Source: a virus
Length of the DNA: 11,811 nucleotides
Reading direction: 5' to 3' (one strand)
Virus genome (UHGV): UHGV-1871853
Each line of letters starts with the position of its first letter. Position 1 is the stretch's first letter. A program made the translations under genes and the position numbers. The notes under the pieces are model-generated. The model had not been told where the DNA came from. It worked only from the letters and a program-made list of their open reading frames with translations, and searched no databases. Positions 9,007-11,811 of this stretch are shown one piece after another.

Positions 9007-9279
9007 CTACCTGCCTTGACGAAAGACCTTAAGAACATCGTTAAACTGACTTACGGATATGTCTTCTTTGAGCAGCTTTTCCAGAAATGCGTTTGGAATG
9101 AACGTATATCCCTCCTCTTTTGGTAGAGACGGGAGCAACGCCCTCGCCTCAGCCTTCAGAAGCTCAGTTCTGGCAACTTTCACAAAAGAGATTTGAGTTC
9201 TTTCATCAATGGAACGAAGGAAGCGCAAACGCTTAGCTTCTTTGTGTGTATCAGGTGGATTAAAGCCTTTGTTTCGCAT
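9007..9279 (-). CDS. Hypothetical protein (90 aa) inserted between cII and the O-like gene
   Basis: Start taken at the internal ATG at 9279 with a GAGGTAATTAT Shine-Dalgarno: MRNKGFNPPDTHKEAKRLRFLRSIDERTQISFVKVARTELLKAEARALLPSLPKEEGYTFIPNAFLEKLLKEDISVSQFNDVLKVFRQGR. The longer listed ORF from 9552 overlaps cII and is rejected. In lambda, O follows cII directly. Confidence 0.55.
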   Translation of the reverse strand: MRNKGFNPPDTHKEAKRLRFLRSIDERTQISFVKVARTELLKAEARALLPSLPKEEGYTFIPNAFLEKLLKEDISVSQFNDVLKVFRQGR

Positions 9280-9290
9280 ATAATTACCTC

Positions 9291-9357
9291 GCTGGATGTT
9301 GTTAAAATTCCATTTGTATTTGATCAGAACGCTCGGTTGCCGCCGGGCGTTTTTTAT
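9291..9357 (+). ncRNA. oop: oop-like antisense RNA with its promoter and terminator (t_oop), antisense to the 3' end of cII
   Basis: The plus strand carries GCTCGGTTGCCGCCGGGCGTTTTTTATT (9331-9358), matching lambda t_oop: a 6-bp stem GCUCGG/CCGGGC followed by U6. A perfect -10 TATAAT lies at 9279-9284 with a weak -35 TGGATT at 9256-9261. The 5' end is inferred from promoter spacing. Confidence 0.7.
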
Positions 9358-9595
9358 TGGTGAGAATCGAAGCAACTTGTCGTGCCAATCGGGCCATGTC
9401 GTCGTCAACGACACCCCATTCAAGAACAGCAAGCAGCATTGAGAACTTTGGAATCCAGTCCCTCTTCCACCTGCTGATCTGCGACTTATCAACTCCCACA
9501 GCTTCCGCTGTCTTCTCAGTTCCAAGCATTGCGATTTTGTTAAGCAACGCACTCTCGATTCTTAGAGCCTCGTTGCGTTTGTTTGCACGAACCAT
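9302..9595 (-). CDS. cII: Transcriptional activator CII (97 aa)
   Basis: From the ATG at 9595: MVRANKRNEALRIESALLNKIAMLGTEKTAEAVGVDKSQISRWKRDWIPKFSMLLAVLEWGVVDDDMARLARQVASILTNKKRPAATERSDQIQMEF, near-identical to lambda CII. The upstream extension of the listed ORF is rejected. Confidence 0.96.
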   Translation of the reverse strand: MVRANKRNEALRIESALLNKIAMLGTEKTAEAVGVDKSQISRWKRDWIPKFSMLLAVLEWGVVDDDMARLARQVASILTNKKRPAATERSDQIQMEF

Positions 9596-9610
9596 ATGTA
9601 AGTATTTCCT
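9573..9610 (+). promoter_or_regulatory. PRE-like promoter with CII-binding direct repeats TTGC-N6-TTGC (9573-9586), antisense within the cII 5' end
   Basis: The plus strand reads TTGCGTTTGTTTGCACGAACCATATGTAAGTATTTCC, as in lambda PRE (from memory), directing transcription toward cro-antisense and cI. Confidence 0.7.
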
Positions 9611-9674
9611 TAGATAACAATTGATTGAATGTATGCAAATAAATGCATACACCATAGGTGTGGTTTAATTTGAT

Positions 9675-9706
9675 GCCCTTTTTCAGGGCTGGGATGTGTA
9701 AGAGCG
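9675..9706 (-). promoter_or_regulatory. nutR: boxA (CGCTCTTACA) and boxB hairpin (GCCCTGAAAAAGGGC)
   Basis: Minus strand reads CGCTCTTACACATCCCAGCCCTGAAAAAGGGCATCAAATTAAACC between cro and cII. boxB is at 9675-9689 and boxA at 9697-9706. Confidence 0.9.
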
Positions 9707-9714
9707 GGAATGTC

Positions 9715-11067
<1,353 letters not shown>

Positions 11068-11117
11068 TCCCCACCTCAATCTCAGTAACCCAAAAACAAA
11101 CTATTTTCCGTTTAAAA

Positions 11118-11191
11118 ACAATGGAGTTTGTTTTTTGCACCTCCATTTACAATATTTCTTGTTTACAACATACAATCTTTCTTGTAATTTT
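11118..11191 (+). promoter_or_regulatory. Left operator OL1-OL3 (434-type 14-mers) with the pL promoter
   Basis: ACAATGGAGTTTGT (11118-11131), ACAATATTTCTTGT (11149-11162) and ACAATCTTTCTTGT (11173-11186) fit the ACAA-N6-TTGT pattern. A candidate -35 TTTACA (11163-11168) and -10 TAATTT (11186-11191) with 17-bp spacing are oriented toward N. Confidence 0.8.
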
Positions 11192-11229
11192 AAGCCATCA
11201 GCAGGACGCACTAACCACCATGAAGGTGA

Positions 11230-11260
11230 TGCTCTTAAAAATTTAGCCCTGAAGAAGGGC
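11230..11260 (+). promoter_or_regulatory. nutL: boxA (TGCTCTTAAAAA) and boxB hairpin (GCCCTGAAGAAGGGC)
   Basis: Plus strand reads GATGCTCTTAAAAATTTAGCCCTGAAGAAGGGCAGC. boxB matches lambda nutL; boxA differs at its first base from CGCTCTTA. Confidence 0.9.
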
Positions 11261-11370
11261 AGCATTCAAAGCAGAAGGCTTTGAGTAGCGCGAAATGCAG
11301 CTGCAAGACAGCAACCGTGGAGATAAGCATCACGGCGCGTTACTCAAAGCTAACTGACAGGAGAATCCAG

Positions 11371-11697
11371 ATGGATGCACAAACACGCCGCCGCGAACGT
11401 CGCGCAGATAAACAGGCTCAATGGAAAGCAGCAAATCCCCTGTTGGTTGGGGTAAGCGCAAAGCCAGTTAACCGCCCTATTCTCTCGCTGAATCGCAAAC
11501 CGAAATCACGAGTAGAAAGCGCACTGAATCCAATAGACCTTACAGTGCTGGCTGAATACCACGAACAGATTGAAAGCAACCTGCAACGTATTGAGCGCAA
11601 GAATCAGCGCACATGGTACAGCAAGCCACGCAGTGAAATGGGGGTGACTTGTGTTGGTCGCCAGAAAATGAAATTAGGCAGCAAACCACTTATTTGA
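11371..11697 (+). CDS. N: Antiterminator N (lambda-like, 108 aa)
   Basis: From the ATG at 11371 with an AGGAG Shine-Dalgarno: MDAQTRRRERRADKQAQWKAANPLLVGVSAKPVNRPILSLNRKPKSRVESALNPIDLTVLAEYHEQIESNLQRIERKNQRTWYSKP... The arginine-rich boxB-binding motif matches lambda N; the last ~20 residues differ from lambda as I remember it. Confidence 0.93.
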   Translation: MDAQTRRRERRADKQAQWKAANPLLVGVSAKPVNRPILSLNRKPKSRVESALNPIDLTVLAEYHEQIESNLQRIERKNQRTWYSKPRSEMGVTCVGRQKMKLGSKPLI

Positions 11698-11705
11698 GGT
11701 GATAT

Positions 11706-11792
11706 ATGGAAGAAGAATTTGAAGAGTTCGAAGAGCATCCGCAGGATGTGATGGAACAATACCAGGACTATCCGTATGACTACGACTATTGA
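11706..11792 (+). CDS. Possible very acidic micro-ORF (28 aa) immediately downstream of N
   Basis: A GAGGTGATAT Shine-Dalgarno precedes the ATG at 11706, 9 nt after the N stop. Translation MEEEFEEFEEHPQDVMEQYQDYPYDYDY. No homology is known to me. Confidence 0.3.
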   Translation: MEEEFEEFEEHPQDVMEQYQDYPYDYDY

Positions 11793-11811
11793 TAAGAATC
11801 AATGGTGTGGA

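Noticed and set aside
8796-9038. Minus-strand 80-aa ORF
   Set aside because: Out of frame within the O-like gene 5' end.
9280-9552. Long N-terminal extension of the 181-aa ORF
   Set aside because: It overlaps cII in a different frame and would run through t_oop; the internal ATG at 9279 has a proper ribosome-binding site.
9357-9617. Plus-strand 86-aa ORF
   Set aside because: Antisense to cII; the region is explained by PRE and oop.
9596-9655. N-terminal extension of cII (MVYAFICIHSINCYLRKYLH)
   Set aside because: Conserved CII begins MVRANKRNEA with the lambda-type leader; the extension runs into nutR.
11091-11135. AT-rich inverted repeat AAAAACAAACT ... AGTTTGTTTTT followed by a T-run, considered as a terminator of the immunity transcript
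   Set aside because: The stem is almost entirely A/T and overlaps the OL3-like operator; it cannot be distinguished from operator symmetry without experiment, so no terminator is called.
11281-11370. N-terminal extension of N (MSSAKCSCKTATVEISITARYSKLTDRRIQ)
   Set aside because: It starts inside the nutL-proximal leader; conserved N begins MDAQTRRRERR with its own Shine-Dalgarno.
11418-11600. Minus-strand 60-aa ORF
   Set aside because: Antisense to N.

Overview
This window is the early-regulatory, replication, nin and late-control region of a mosaic lambdoid prophage, lying inverted relative to the standard lambda map. Right to left it reads N, nutL, OL/pL, an exported-protein gene in the rexAB position, a phage-434-type cI/OR/cro immunity core, nutR, cII, a t_oop-like antisense RNA, an inserted 90-aa ORF, an O-like initiator with internal iterons, a DnaB-type helicase, four small coupled ORFs in the ren position, then ninB, an MT-A70-type adenine methyltransferase, ninD/E, a NinX-like ORF, ninF/G/H, the NinI phosphatase, Q, pR' and holin S. 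S is cut after codon 61 by an IS21-family element whose IstA transposase fills positions 1-1022, so the prophage is probably lysis-defective. The best candidates for something undescribed are the exported protein coupled to cI (10663-11067) and the four-gene cassette at 5667-6611. All identifications rest on reading the translations and motifs against remembered protein and site sequences; no database search was run.
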